The notes under the pieces: model-generated
Seen by the model: the letters and a program-made list of their open reading frames with translations, nothing else
Databases searched by the model: none
What the model was told of the DNA's origin: nothing
Translations under genes and position numbers: made by a program
Assembly: GCA_963724295.1 (NCBI GenBank)
Contig: CAVRUC010000003.1
Span: 32,001 to 96,000 of the forward strand
Direction: 5' to 3'
DNA: 64,000 bases
DNA from: an uncultured Chloroflexia bacterium
GTDB taxonomy: Bacteria; Chloroflexota; Chloroflexia; Thermomicrobiales; UBA6265
Part shown: positions 18,471-28,154 of the stretch, in pieces
Position numbering within the stretch: the stretch's first letter is position 1
Layout: the number at the start of each line of letters is the position of its first letter

Positions 18471-18941
18471 CTACCGCGCATCGCCAGTATCCTGTTCATC
18501 TCCTCGCAACCCCCGTGCCCGGCACGCGTCGAGATAGCCCTGCAAGATCACCGCCGCGGCGACGGCGTCGACGTCGCCCTTCCGCCGCCGCCGCCACGCC
18601 CCGCTCTCCTGGAGCATTCGTTCCGCTACGGCGGTCGTCAACCGTTCATCCCAGAAAACGACCCGCATCTCCGGTTCGACCGCCGTCTGAAGCGCCTCCG
18701 CGAACTGGCGCACGACCGCGGCCTGCGGACCCTCCCGGCCGGAAAGCCCGGTCGGCAGCCCGATGACCAGCCGGTCGACCCCCTTTGCCATCGCCAGGTC
18801 CCGTAGCTCGGCCAGGTCGCCGTCTCGGCGTTGCACGGTCGTCAGTGGCGAGGAGATCATCCCCAGCTCGTCGCCAATCGCCACGCCGACGCGGCGCTCC
18901 CCGACGTCGAGACCCATGGCTCGACCAGTCCGCTGGTTCAC
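18471..18941 (-). CDS. ruvX: YqgF/RuvX family nuclease
   Basis: GLDVGERRVGVAIGD, VIGLP, WDERLTT and VDAVAAAVILQGYLD. Confidence 0.93.
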   Translation of the reverse strand: MNQRTGRAMGLDVGERRVGVAIGDELGMISSPLTTVQRRDGDLAELRDLAMAKGVDRLVIGLPTGLSGREGPQAAVVRQFAEALQTAVEPEMRVVFWDERLTTAVAERMLQESGAWRRRRKGDVDAVAAAVILQGYLDACRARGLRGDEQDTGDAR

Positions 18942-20587
18942 CTGGCGATCTCGAACTGGATCCGCCCCGCGTTGTTCGGCATCTCGTCGGGCAGCCAGGC
19001 GGGGCGGTAGTCGACCTTGAAAACAGCGATCTCCGGCCGCCGCGCGAGGATAGCCGCGGCGTCGTCAGCGCTCGTTCCCGCCAGCTCGTTAGCCAACGCC
19101 GCGCGCTCCGCGGCATCGATCTCCGCGATCGCATCGGCCCGCGCCTTCACCTCGAGGCGGACACCGCGATCGATCTCCTCGGTTTCGACCGGCTCCTCGA
19201 AGACGATATCCTGCGGCGCTACCGCGAATCCCTCCGGCGCGTCCGCGCTGAGGCGCTCGGCGAGGATCTGCTCGTACTCCGCCCTGGCCGCTTCGCCATC
19301 AAAGGTCAGCACGTCAACAGTCAGCGTCGATCGCAGCGAGATCTGCGCGGCATCTTCACCGGCCTGATGGTCGAACGCATCCTCTTGTCCGGAAACTGTC
19401 GCCGAGGAAAGCAGGATTTCCGCACCAGGCTGATCCCGTGCGATGGCCTCGGCGGCGAGCTCCGCTGCGGCGCTGGTCGCTGCCGCGCGCAGCGCGTCGA
19501 GGTCTTCCTGGGCGACCACCGGAAACTCCTTGTCCGATCCACCCGTCGCCGGCTGCATGCGATTGCTGTAGTAGACCCCGTTGGGTAAACGCCCGCCGAT
19601 CTCACCCGTGCCGACATTACCGCCTGAGCCCGGCTGCACAGCCTGAACAGTTCCCGCCGCCGCGCCGGGACGCCCCGTGGCGGGGTCGGCGGCCGGTACA
19701 GAGACCGTCTCGCTAAAGGCAAACTCGACTCCGGTTTCGGTGGCCACAGTCGTGCCAGCCTCGACTGATAGCGGTTCTGTCGTGGCATTTCGCAGCTCGA
19801 TCGCGCTGCTCGCCGTCCCGTCCGGCTCGACGCGCACCCCGGTGACCGGCGCCGTCCCTTCCCAGACGACCTCGATCTGGCGCTCCTCTGGCGTCAGCGC
19901 GAATGCCGCCCGCTCGTCGATCGGTTGGCCATCGCTCGTGACGTCGAACAGGACGGCGCCCGCGACCGGCGCCGTCTTGGGCTCGATCGCCACGACCGCT
20001 TGGGGCAGGACGAACCGGATGCCCAGGAGGGCAGCGATGACCAGGACGACCAAACCCGCCGCGACTGGTAACCAGCGTCGCGGCGGGTTCTCCGACTCCC
20101 GTTCGCGGTCAGCTTCCGGAACTGGCTCGTCAGATTCCGCACCGTCGCTCTCCCCGCTCAGGCCGTTCTCGCTCGGCCAATGCGATTCTGGCGACGGACG
20201 AATGACCGGTTCCGCGACGGCCGTCTCCCCGGGCCAGTCCTCATCGCGTACGATCGGCGGTTCGGCAACGACCTGAGGCGGTTCGGCAGCTATCGGCGCG
20301 GGGGCGGCTGCCACTCGCGGGCGCGGCAATGCCCGAGCGGGAATTCCCAGGCGCTCCGCGAGCTGCAGCCGCAGCGGGTCGGCGGTGCGCATCTGCACCG
20401 CGACCCGATCTTCGTCGATGGCATCCTTCAGGGTCCGGAACTCGCGCGCCGTCAAGAGCAGCGCGCTGTCGATCGGGATGACCAGGTCGACCGTGCGCCC
20501 GCCATTTGCCGCTTCGCGCAGCCGGGCCACGATGTCAGGCAATGTCTCATCGGACGTGACGACGACGGTCGGGTTGGGCTCAGTCAT
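18938..20587 (-). CDS. Single-pass membrane protein with a baseplate J/gp47-like extracytoplasmic region
   Basis: Small N-terminal cytoplasmic domain, Pro/Glu linker, one TM (WLPVAAGLVVLVIAALLG), then AGTTVATETGVEF...VQAVQPGSGGNV...NRMQPATGGSD resembling baseplate J motifs (recognised by eye). Confidence 0.6.
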   Translation of the reverse strand: MTEPNPTVVVTSDETLPDIVARLREAANGGRTVDLVIPIDSALLLTAREFRTLKDAIDEDRVAVQMRTADPLRLQLAERLGIPARALPRPRVAAAPAPIAAEPPQVVAEPPIVRDEDWPGETAVAEPVIRPSPESHWPSENGLSGESDGAESDEPVPEADRERESENPPRRWLPVAAGLVVLVIAALLGIRFVLPQAVVAIEPKTAPVAGAVLFDVTSDGQPIDERAAFALTPEERQIEVVWEGTAPVTGVRVEPDGTASSAIELRNATTEPLSVEAGTTVATETGVEFAFSETVSVPAADPATGRPGAAAGTVQAVQPGSGGNVGTGEIGGRLPNGVYYSNRMQPATGGSDKEFPVVAQEDLDALRAAATSAAAELAAEAIARDQPGAEILLSSATVSGQEDAFDHQAGEDAAQISLRSTLTVDVLTFDGEAARAEYEQILAERLSADAPEGFAVAPQDIVFEEPVETEEIDRGVRLEVKARADAIAEIDAAERAALANELAGTSADDAAAILARRPEIAVFKVDYRPAWLPDEMPNNAGRIQFEIAR

Positions 20588-20619
20588 CGTCGCCCTGGGT
20601 CAGTCCGCGGCGGTGCCAC

Positions 20620-23304
20620 CTACGTTGACGCGCCCCGCTCGACAATACCGGCCACCGCGGCCAGCGCGGCGTCGAGCTTCTCGGGATCCTTCCCGCCCGC
20701 CTCCGCCAGCTCGGCTCGACCACCGCCCCGGCCGTCGACGAGAGCGGCCGTCTCGCGCACGATGTCGCCGGCTTTGACACCCTGCGCCACCAGATCCGGG
20801 GTAACCATGGCCAGCAAGCTCGGCCGGCCGTCGATGACGGCTCCCAGCACGACCACGCCGGAGCCCATGCGGTCACGCAACCGGTCTCCCATCTGGCGTA
20901 GAGCGTCCTTGCCGTCGACGTCGGCACGGGCCGCCAGCACCCGGCGCCCGTTGACGTCGACCACCCGCTCCAGGAGATCGCCGGCGCGCGCCGCCGCCAG
21001 CTGGCCGCGCAAGCGCTCGTTCTCCCGCTCCAGTCCCCGGATGCGCTCTTGCAGCACGTCGAGCTGATCGGGAACCTCCGACCATGTCGCGCGCAGCGCG
21101 CGGGCACTCTCCTCCAGGAGCCGTTGCTGGGTCAGCATGCGGTCCACGGCGGCATCGCCGGTGACGGCTTCGATGCGCCGCACGCCCGCGGCTACGCTCC
21201 CCTCGGAGACGATCAGGAACGGTCCGATATCACCGGTGGCCCCGACGTGCGTACCGCCGCACAGCTCTTGTGAGAACCCGGGAATCGCGACTACCCGCAC
21301 CACGTCACCGTACTTCTCGCCGAAGAGCGCCATAGCGCCATCTTCAACGGCAGCCTGGTATGGCTTGATCTCGGTTGTCACAGGTACGTTGCGGGAAATC
21401 TCGTGGTTGACGACCGCGGCGATATGCTGCAGCTGGTCGACATTCACCCCTTCGAGCGAAGTGAAATCGAACCGCAGCCGGTCCGGGGCCACCAGTGACC
21501 CTGCCTGCCGCGACTCTTCACCGAGAACCGTCCGCAAGGCGCGGTGCAGGAGATGGGTCGCCGTGTGGTTGCGGCGAATCGCCCCCCGCCGTTCCGCGTC
21601 GATCTCGGCCCGCGCCGGCTCGCCCGTTCGCGCAAATCCCTCGGCGACGATGCCACGGTGAACGTAGACGTCTGGAGTCGGTTTGAAGGTATCGTCGATG
21701 TTGATCAGCCCGGTGTCGGTGCGGATCCAGCCGGTGTCCCCGATCTGTCCGCCCGACTCGCCGTAGAACGGCGTGCGGTCCAGGATCACCTCAACCGCGT
21801 CACCTGCTTCTGCCTCCTCGATTGGTCCATCAGCGCCGACGAGCCCAAGGATGCGGGCGTCGGCAGCCGTCGCCTCATAGCCAAGGAACTCGGTCGGCGC
21901 CTGGGCCAGATCGACGTAGACCTCCGCGCGTGACCGCGCTCGATCGCGGAAGGCATCGCCGGCGCCACCCCGGCTGATCTCTCGTTGCGCGGCCAGCGCC
22001 TCTTCGAATCCGATCTGGTCGACTTCCAGACCTTGCTCGCGGGCCAGCTCGAGGGTGAGATCGAATGGAAACCCGTACGTGTCGTAAAGCCGGAAGACTT
22101 CGCGACCCGGCAGGACCTGGGCGACGGTCTCTCCTTGCGCCGCGGCATCGCGCGCCAGATCCTCGACCAGTGTCTGGAAGCGAGCCATGCCGGCGCTCAA
22201 CGTGCGGCCAAAGCTCTCCTCTTCGTGTGACAGCACCTTCTCGATCTGGACACGGCGGTCGCTGAGCTCGCGATGGTGATGCGCGAACTGGTCGATCACC
22301 ACCCCGGCGACGCCGGCCAGGAACGGCTCCTCCAGCCCGAGTTTGCGGCCGGCCCGGATCGCGCGGCGCAGGATGCGGCGCAGCACGTAGGACCGGCCTT
22401 CGTTCCCGGGCAGCACTCCGTCGGCGATCAGGAACGTCCCGCCGCGGGCATGGTCGGCGATGATCCGCAGCGCCCGATCCACATCCGGGTCGCCGCCGTA
22501 GGTGACGCCCGCTAACCCGGCCACGTGCTGGATGATCGCCTGATAGAGATCGGTATCGTAGACCGACTCCACCTGCTGCATGACCATGACCAGCCGCTCC
22601 AGCCCCATGCCGGTATCGACATGCTGCCGTGGCAGCGGCGTGCGCGTGCCGTCCGGGTGCTGGACGAACTCCATGAAGACGTTGTTCCACACCTCCAGAT
22701 ACCGCTCGCACTCGCAACCGGGCGCGCACTCCGGCGTGCCGCAGCCATGCTCCGGGCCGCGATCGAAATAGATCTCCGAATCGGGACCATTCGGCCCGGT
22801 AGCGCCGACAGGTCCCCACCAGTTGTCCTCGAGCCGGCCGATACGCTCGTCGGCTATTCCGATCACCTCGCGCCAGATGCGCAGCGCGTCCTGGTCGTCA
22901 GGGTGCACGGTCGGGTACAGGCGATCGCCGGGAATACCGAGGTCGCGGGTCAGGAATTCCCAGGACCACTCCAGCGATTCCCGCTTGAAGTAATCGCCGA
23001 CGGAGAAATTCCCGAGCATGAAGAAGAACGTGCAGTGACTCTCGTCGCCCACCTCGTCGATGTCGACGGTGCGGAAGCACTTCTGGACCGAGACCATGCG
23101 CTGCGCGGGGGGCTGCTCCAACCCCATGAAATACGGTGTCATCTGCTGCATGCCGGCGGTCGTCAGCAGGACGGTGGGATCGTTGTGCGGTACGAGCGAC
23201 GACGACGGCACCTCGCGGTGACCGCGCTCCGTGAAAAACGTAACGAAGCGGCGTCGTACTTCCTCGCCGGATATGGGCGCGGGCATCTGCACGTTACTCG
23301 TCAT
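20620..23304 (-). CDS. alaS: Alanine--tRNA ligase
   Basis: DPTVLLTTAGM, QKCFR, MLGNFSVGDYFK, DTGMGLERL, HTATHLLH, ELCGGTH and GRGGG (DHHA1). Confidence 0.97.
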   Translation of the reverse strand: MTSNVQMPAPISGEEVRRRFVTFFTERGHREVPSSSLVPHNDPTVLLTTAGMQQMTPYFMGLEQPPAQRMVSVQKCFRTVDIDEVGDESHCTFFFMLGNFSVGDYFKRESLEWSWEFLTRDLGIPGDRLYPTVHPDDQDALRIWREVIGIADERIGRLEDNWWGPVGATGPNGPDSEIYFDRGPEHGCGTPECAPGCECERYLEVWNNVFMEFVQHPDGTRTPLPRQHVDTGMGLERLVMVMQQVESVYDTDLYQAIIQHVAGLAGVTYGGDPDVDRALRIIADHARGGTFLIADGVLPGNEGRSYVLRRILRRAIRAGRKLGLEEPFLAGVAGVVIDQFAHHHRELSDRRVQIEKVLSHEEESFGRTLSAGMARFQTLVEDLARDAAAQGETVAQVLPGREVFRLYDTYGFPFDLTLELAREQGLEVDQIGFEEALAAQREISRGGAGDAFRDRARSRAEVYVDLAQAPTEFLGYEATAADARILGLVGADGPIEEAEAGDAVEVILDRTPFYGESGGQIGDTGWIRTDTGLINIDDTFKPTPDVYVHRGIVAEGFARTGEPARAEIDAERRGAIRRNHTATHLLHRALRTVLGEESRQAGSLVAPDRLRFDFTSLEGVNVDQLQHIAAVVNHEISRNVPVTTEIKPYQAAVEDGAMALFGEKYGDVVRVVAIPGFSQELCGGTHVGATGDIGPFLIVSEGSVAAGVRRIEAVTGDAAVDRMLTQQRLLEESARALRATWSEVPDQLDVLQERIRGLERENERLRGQLAAARAGDLLERVVDVNGRRVLAARADVDGKDALRQMGDRLRDRMGSGVVVLGAVIDGRPSLLAMVTPDLVAQGVKAGDIVRETAALVDGRGGGRAELAEAGGKDPEKLDAALAAVAGIVERGAST

Positions 23305-23428
23305 GGATCCGGCGAACCTCATCCCTTCCGGCATTGGCGACGGGTGGAAGGACAGAACAGTCCGGGGCTACCGGACCAATCCCGGATTGTGCCAGACAGC
23401 AGCGCGACCGACAACGCGACGCGATGAA

Positions 23429-23837
23429 TTATCCGCCGGCAACGGCGCGCCAGGCCTTGGCATACTCCTCCCGGATCGGCACGAAGGTCTCGACCAGCAG
23501 GACTCCATCCGACCCCGGCAATCCCGCTGTGCGTCAGATCGGAGGGCACGAGGTAGGCGTCACCAACCACTAGCTCACGTGCCTCCCCCTCGACCGTCAG
23601 GGTGACCGATCCCTCGACCACGACTCCGAGTTGCTCGTTCACGTGGCTATGCTCGACTACCACCGCTCCGGGCTCCATCGCGATCCAGCAGGTCATCAGC
23701 GACTCGCCGATCACCGGCTGAACCTGGATTCCTGGCGCGGGCGAAAACGGGGGCACCTCCGATCGCCGCACCCAGGTGGCCCTCTTCGGTGACTTGGCAC
23801 CCGCTCCGGGCTCATTGACCTCGACTGTTCCCGACAT
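23429..23837 (-). CDS. Cupin-domain protein (apparent extra G at 23513-23516)
   Basis: HSHVNEQ..VVEG..GDAYLVPSDLTH cupin motifs. Removing one G restores ...GSDGVLLVETFVPIREEY...*. RBS GGGAGG. Confidence 0.8.
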
Positions 23838-23969
23838 CTTCCCCTCCCACAGTGCGACCCCGGTCCATCGACCGGCGCGGCTGGCTCCAGACATGTGCGC
23901 ATCCATTGTCGCCGATGCTGGCAAACCGCTGGCGCCCGGCGGAATCAGGACGAACGGTGCTGGCAGGTT

Positions 23970-24011
23970 CGAACGGACGTTCTTGACAGTCCGCGGCTCG
24001 GCTCCTAGGCT
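23970..24011 (+). promoter_or_regulatory. LexA-type SOS box abutting a sigma70 promoter
   Basis: cGAACggacGTTCt (GAAC-N4-GTTC, 23971-82), immediately followed by TTGACA, 17 nt, TAGGCT (23983-24011). Confidence 0.7.
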
Positions 24012-24045
24012 CTGACTGTCGAATCTTGGGCCGGAGGCGCCGCGC

Positions 24046-25107
24046 ATGACCCGGACACCGCGCTCTCCATCGTCGAAGCCACCACCCTCGCCGCGCGCGG
24101 ATCGTGCGGTCGACGGTCTCACCAGCGCCGAACGCGAGCGTCCCTACACCGAGAATCCCGCGCTCCTGGCCCGGGAGGAGCGATTCGCGGCCGCGGCGCC
24201 CGATCAACTGCCCCTCTTCGCTCCCGGTCCCGCCGGCACGTTTCGACCAGTCCTGGGTGGCCTGCCGCCATTGTCGGCGGGGAGTAGCCTCGACCTGGCG
24301 CGCTCCTGGTATCGGCGCGAGTTGGAGCAGGCGGGGCGGCCGTCGAACACGATTGAATCGTATTGCTACGACCTCGTCGTGCTGGAGAAGCTGATCGGCC
24401 CGAAACCGATCGCCGCGATCACCCAAACGGACATCGCGCGGCTGTTGGGCGACGCCAACGGCAGGGCCACGCGCAAGCGCCGGCTGACCTCGGCTCGGCG
24501 CTTTTTCCGGTATCTGATCGACGACGCCCGCGTCTTGCGCTCCGATCCTACCGAGGGCCACTATCCGCACACCATTCCCCTCCGCTCGCCGGTACCCCTT
24601 TTCCCGGCGGAACAGGAGGCGTTGCTCGCGGCCGCGGCCGGCGACGAGGCCTGGAGCCTCCCCGCCATCTGGTTGATGCTGCGCCTGGGGCTGACTCGCT
24701 CGGAACTCCTCGCGTTGCGACGCGAGCACATCGATCTCGACGATCCCATGGGACCGGTCGTCTACATCTTCTACGACGACGTGACGAAACGTGGCAAAGA
24801 GCGCAAGCTGGCCGCGGGTCAGGAATTCCAGGCGATCTACACCAGCTTTCTCGAGGCGCGATCTCCGGTCGATATCCTCTTTGCGGTCGGTCCACAGGCG
24901 GTGAATGGGATGGTGGACCGCGTCCGCGCGGCCGCCGGCATCCAGAAAGAGGTCACCCCTCAGACACTGCGACACAGTTTCGCCGTCGACCGCGCCAGTG
25001 CCGGAGCAACGGAGGAAGACCTGCTGGCGATTCTGGGGCTGGCCGACGATGCCCGTAATCGAGCCAGCGTCCAGCGCTATCTCAAGCTCGCCGCTCCACC
25101 GCTCTAG
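24046..25107 (+). CDS. XerC/D-like tyrosine recombinase with substituted catalytic residues
   Basis: N-terminal SAM-like region (NTIESYCYDL), GLTRSEL, KRGKER, TPQTLRHSFA and ILGL...QRY. Confidence 0.85.
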   Translation: MTRTPRSPSSKPPPSPRADRAVDGLTSAERERPYTENPALLAREERFAAAAPDQLPLFAPGPAGTFRPVLGGLPPLSAGSSLDLARSWYRRELEQAGRPSNTIESYCYDLVVLEKLIGPKPIAAITQTDIARLLGDANGRATRKRRLTSARRFFRYLIDDARVLRSDPTEGHYPHTIPLRSPVPLFPAEQEALLAAAAGDEAWSLPAIWLMLRLGLTRSELLALRREHIDLDDPMGPVVYIFYDDVTKRGKERKLAAGQEFQAIYTSFLEARSPVDILFAVGPQAVNGMVDRVRAAAGIQKEVTPQTLRHSFAVDRASAGATEEDLLAILGLADDARNRASVQRYLKLAAPPL

Positions 25108-26042
25108 TCCTCCGTAGGAGGATCGCTGTCGGAGAGGTCCAGCAGTCGCACCGCTTCGGACTCGAGTCTGTCGCGGAATTGCACGGTCTGGACCCATGTT
25201 TCTGGAAGAGCCGAGGCGCCATAGGCGGCTCCGGCGAGCGCTCCAGTGACCGCCCCGGTCGAATCGGCGTCGTCGCCAAGCGCGACCGCCATCTCGATCG
25301 CTTCCCGGGCACTGCTCGCGTTGAGCAGCGACCAGAACGAGGCGCCGATCGTCTCGAGCACGAAGCCACCGGCGCGAACCTCAATGCGCCGGCGTCCCGC
25401 CGCATCGAGCACGGCCTCACGGACTTCTTCGTTAGGAATGTCCACCACGGCGGCGGCCGGTGCGTCGGCGATCGCGCCGCCATTCAGCAGATGGACGATG
25501 GCCTGGTTGACCGCGACCGTTCCCCATGATGCGCGCGCTTCGGCGTGCGTCACCCGCGCGCTGTCCAGCGAAGCGCGAACGAGGCGATCGGGTTGCCGGC
25601 GAAATCGCAAGGCGACCGGACCGCAACGCATGACGGCCCCGTTTGCCGCCGCGGATCGCTCGCCTCGTGCCGTGAGCGCTACCGCGCCGGCATCGAGAGG
25701 CGCCGTTCCCGCCGCCAGCGCTTCCAGAGCGATGCGGGTGGTGTTGCCGATGTCCTTGGGATTGCTTCGGAACCAGGCGATCAGCCCGCCGGCAAACCGA
25801 TCGAGGTCGAGGCCCTTGTCCGTCAGGGCCTCGGCCAGGATCAGCGCTTGCTGCGTGTCGTCGGTCACTTCCCCGGGATCGAGGTGCAGCCAGCCGCCGC
25901 CGACGAACTCGCTAACGCCGGTCGGGAACCGTGCCGCGATCACGTCGCGGTCGAGAAATTCGACCGGTCCACCCAATGCATCGCCGCAGGCGAGACCCAG
26001 CAGAGTCCCGGCATAGCGATCGCGCAACGCAATCGTCGTCAT
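25104..26042 (-). CDS. ADP-ribosylglycohydrolase (DraG family)
   Basis: GLACGDALG, GEVTDDTQ, DIGNTT, ANGAVMR and GDDADSTGAVTGALAGA. Confidence 0.92.
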   Translation of the reverse strand: MTTIALRDRYAGTLLGLACGDALGGPVEFLDRDVIAARFPTGVSEFVGGGWLHLDPGEVTDDTQQALILAEALTDKGLDLDRFAGGLIAWFRSNPKDIGNTTRIALEALAAGTAPLDAGAVALTARGERSAAANGAVMRCGPVALRFRRQPDRLVRASLDSARVTHAEARASWGTVAVNQAIVHLLNGGAIADAPAAAVVDIPNEEVREAVLDAAGRRRIEVRAGGFVLETIGASFWSLLNASSAREAIEMAVALGDDADSTGAVTGALAGAAYGASALPETWVQTVQFRDRLESEAVRLLDLSDSDPPTED

Positions 26043-26450
26043 CGTCGCCAGGAGACCCCCTGACCGCTCATCCCGATTTCCTGGTGTCGCATGCCGAACG
26101 GGACCATCGGTTCCTCCCAAACAGCTGCCAGCGCTCTATCGTTGTCGTGACGATGCCGCAGCCGGGACAGAACCGACTGGTCGCTCAGCCTACCGGTCTC
26201 CGTCCCGATCGCCAGGAGGTCGCAGTCGATGCGCGTGAGCCGCCGCACTCGTCCGTCGCAGGTTGGTTGCGGATCAACCAGCGCCCGCAGGCGACTCTTG
26301 CACACCCAAACCCATGGCCCACAATCCAGACCCAGGCCTCCAGACCAGGTTCCACCGAGCCAGGCGACCTTGAATCATGATCGGGTTTGTTGAGGCGTGG
26401 GAAATGCCCGGCGAATTGCCTCCCCGCGGCAGGGTCGAACCCCGGAGTGG

Positions 26451-28118
26451 TCATGCCTCGACCGTGTCTGGCTCCAGGGCTCGAGGCTGGTAGCGACTCA
26501 CCCACTGCCGGTAGGCGGCGACTTCGGCGTCGAGTTTCGCGGTGTCCCAGCCAAGCGCATTACGCGCGATCTTCGCCGCGGCGACGTCCGCGCCGATTCC
26601 GGCGTCCGGTCCCAGGCCGACCATCGTCCGCCGGGCGATGACATCGGTCAAGGTGCGGGCGACTTCCTCGTGATACGCCCAGGGCACCTCCGCCGCGATC
26701 GCGCCGGTGAACGGGTCGAACACCTCTCGCAGCTCGGGCGTTGACGCTGACGCCAGCACCTCCGGCGCCCGCGCTCCGTAGACTCGCAACAGGTGCTCCA
26801 CGGTTTGCCGCGGAAGACCTGAGCTCCTGGCGAAGGAGGCGGCAAAGTCGTCCCAGCGTAGATCGGTCCGGCCTCCCGGCAGCGGCATCTCCGCGGTTCG
26901 CGAGCGGACGGCGGTCCGTCCGAGCTTCCTCATGACGAGGTCGACGCATTGCTCGGCCAGCTCGCGGTAGGTTGTCAATTTGCCGCCGACAATCGAGATC
27001 AGGCCTCGCGCCCCGCCGGATGCCTCAAGTTCGTGGTCATGCATGATGTGACGGCGCGTGATATCACTTTCGGATTCATCCAGGGTATACGGCAACGGCC
27101 GCACACCGGCGTAGGTGTAGCGAACGGACTCCCGCGTTAGCCTGGCGGACGGGATAACCCGGTTGGTCTCGGCCAGAAGAAGATCGATCTCCCACTCCTC
27201 GGCCATGACCTTGTCGAGGTCTCCGTCGTAGCGAATATCGGTCGTGCCAATCAGGTAGAGGTCGTTCCAGGGGATGATGAAGAATGGCCGCCCGTCCTGT
27301 CGCGCTTCGGCGTAGAGCGCGTCTCTCGGCGCGCCGGGGAAGGGATCGACGATGATGTGGCTTCCCTTGCTACCCCCAATCAGGCGTGGCTGTTGGCCCG
27401 GAGTACTGCCGTTAAGCACCTCGTCGACCCAGGGTCCGGCGACGTTGACGACCACCGGCGCCGCGTACTGGAACAGCTCCCCGGTCAGGACATCAGTCCC
27501 CGCCAGGCCGGCGACACGTCCATCCTGGCGGAGGATGTCACGAACCCGGTGGTAGGTGCGGACCTCGGCTCCCTGCATGCGCGCATCGATCACGTTCTCG
27601 AGGGCAAGCCGTTCCGCGTACTCCACCTGCGCATCGTGGTAGAGCGCAGCGCCGAGCAATCCGGACTCAGCAAGAGCCGGCGCCCGCCCGAGAGCCGCGG
27701 CGCGGTCGAGCATGCGGTGACCCGGTAGCGATTTGCCGCGCGCCAAGACGTCATAGGCCACCATTCCGGCGCGGATCAACCACCGGCCGCGCTGGTCACC
27801 GCAATAGATTGGCAGCAGGAGTGGCAGCGGCCGCACGAGGTGCGGCGCGATACGCAGCAGGCGCTCGCGCTCCCGCAACGACTCGCGAACCAGTCCGATC
27901 TCGCCATGCTCCAGGTAGCGCAGTCCGCCGTGAATCAGCCGCGTCGACCACGACGTCGTCCCGCCGGCGACGTCGCCCTTGTCGAGGATCAGCACTCGCA
28001 GCCCACGTAGAGCGGCATCGCGGGCGATCCCCGCGCCGTTGATCCCGGCGCCGATGACAATGAGGTCAAATCGATCCGAGGGCCGATCCCCGTCAGGCGA
28101 GAGCGAGCTTCCCGTCAC
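26451..28118 (-). CDS. glpD: FAD-dependent glycerol-3-phosphate dehydrogenase/oxidase
   Basis: GAGINGAG, RLIHGGLRYL, VNVAGPW, IGTTD, AGVRPL and GGKLTTYR. Confidence 0.9.
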   Translation of the reverse strand: MTGSSLSPDGDRPSDRFDLIVIGAGINGAGIARDAALRGLRVLILDKGDVAGGTTSWSTRLIHGGLRYLEHGEIGLVRESLRERERLLRIAPHLVRPLPLLLPIYCGDQRGRWLIRAGMVAYDVLARGKSLPGHRMLDRAAALGRAPALAESGLLGAALYHDAQVEYAERLALENVIDARMQGAEVRTYHRVRDILRQDGRVAGLAGTDVLTGELFQYAAPVVVNVAGPWVDEVLNGSTPGQQPRLIGGSKGSHIIVDPFPGAPRDALYAEARQDGRPFFIIPWNDLYLIGTTDIRYDGDLDKVMAEEWEIDLLLAETNRVIPSARLTRESVRYTYAGVRPLPYTLDESESDITRRHIMHDHELEASGGARGLISIVGGKLTTYRELAEQCVDLVMRKLGRTAVRSRTAEMPLPGGRTDLRWDDFAASFARSSGLPRQTVEHLLRVYGARAPEVLASASTPELREVFDPFTGAIAAEVPWAYHEEVARTLTDVIARRTMVGLGPDAGIGADVAAAKIARNALGWDTAKLDAEVAAYRQWVSRYQPRALEPDTVEA

Positions 28119-28154
28119 GACCGCAGCTCGCGGCTTGGTCCTGCCACGTGTGAT

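Noticed and set aside
18938..20587. Prophage or tailocin implied by the baseplate-J-like gene
   Set aside because: No sheath, tube, capsid, terminase or lysis genes nearby. The protein has a TM anchor and sits inside a housekeeping operon.
24046..26042. Recombinase plus ADP-ribosylglycohydrolase as a defence or toxin-antitoxin module
   Set aside because: The genes are convergent (4-bp stop overlap) and there is no ADP-ribosyltransferase in the window, so nothing supports a functional link.
26043..26450. Short ORFs between glpD and the ADP-ribosylglycohydrolase
   Set aside because: No RBS-supported start, motif or protein-like composition in any frame that I could defend.
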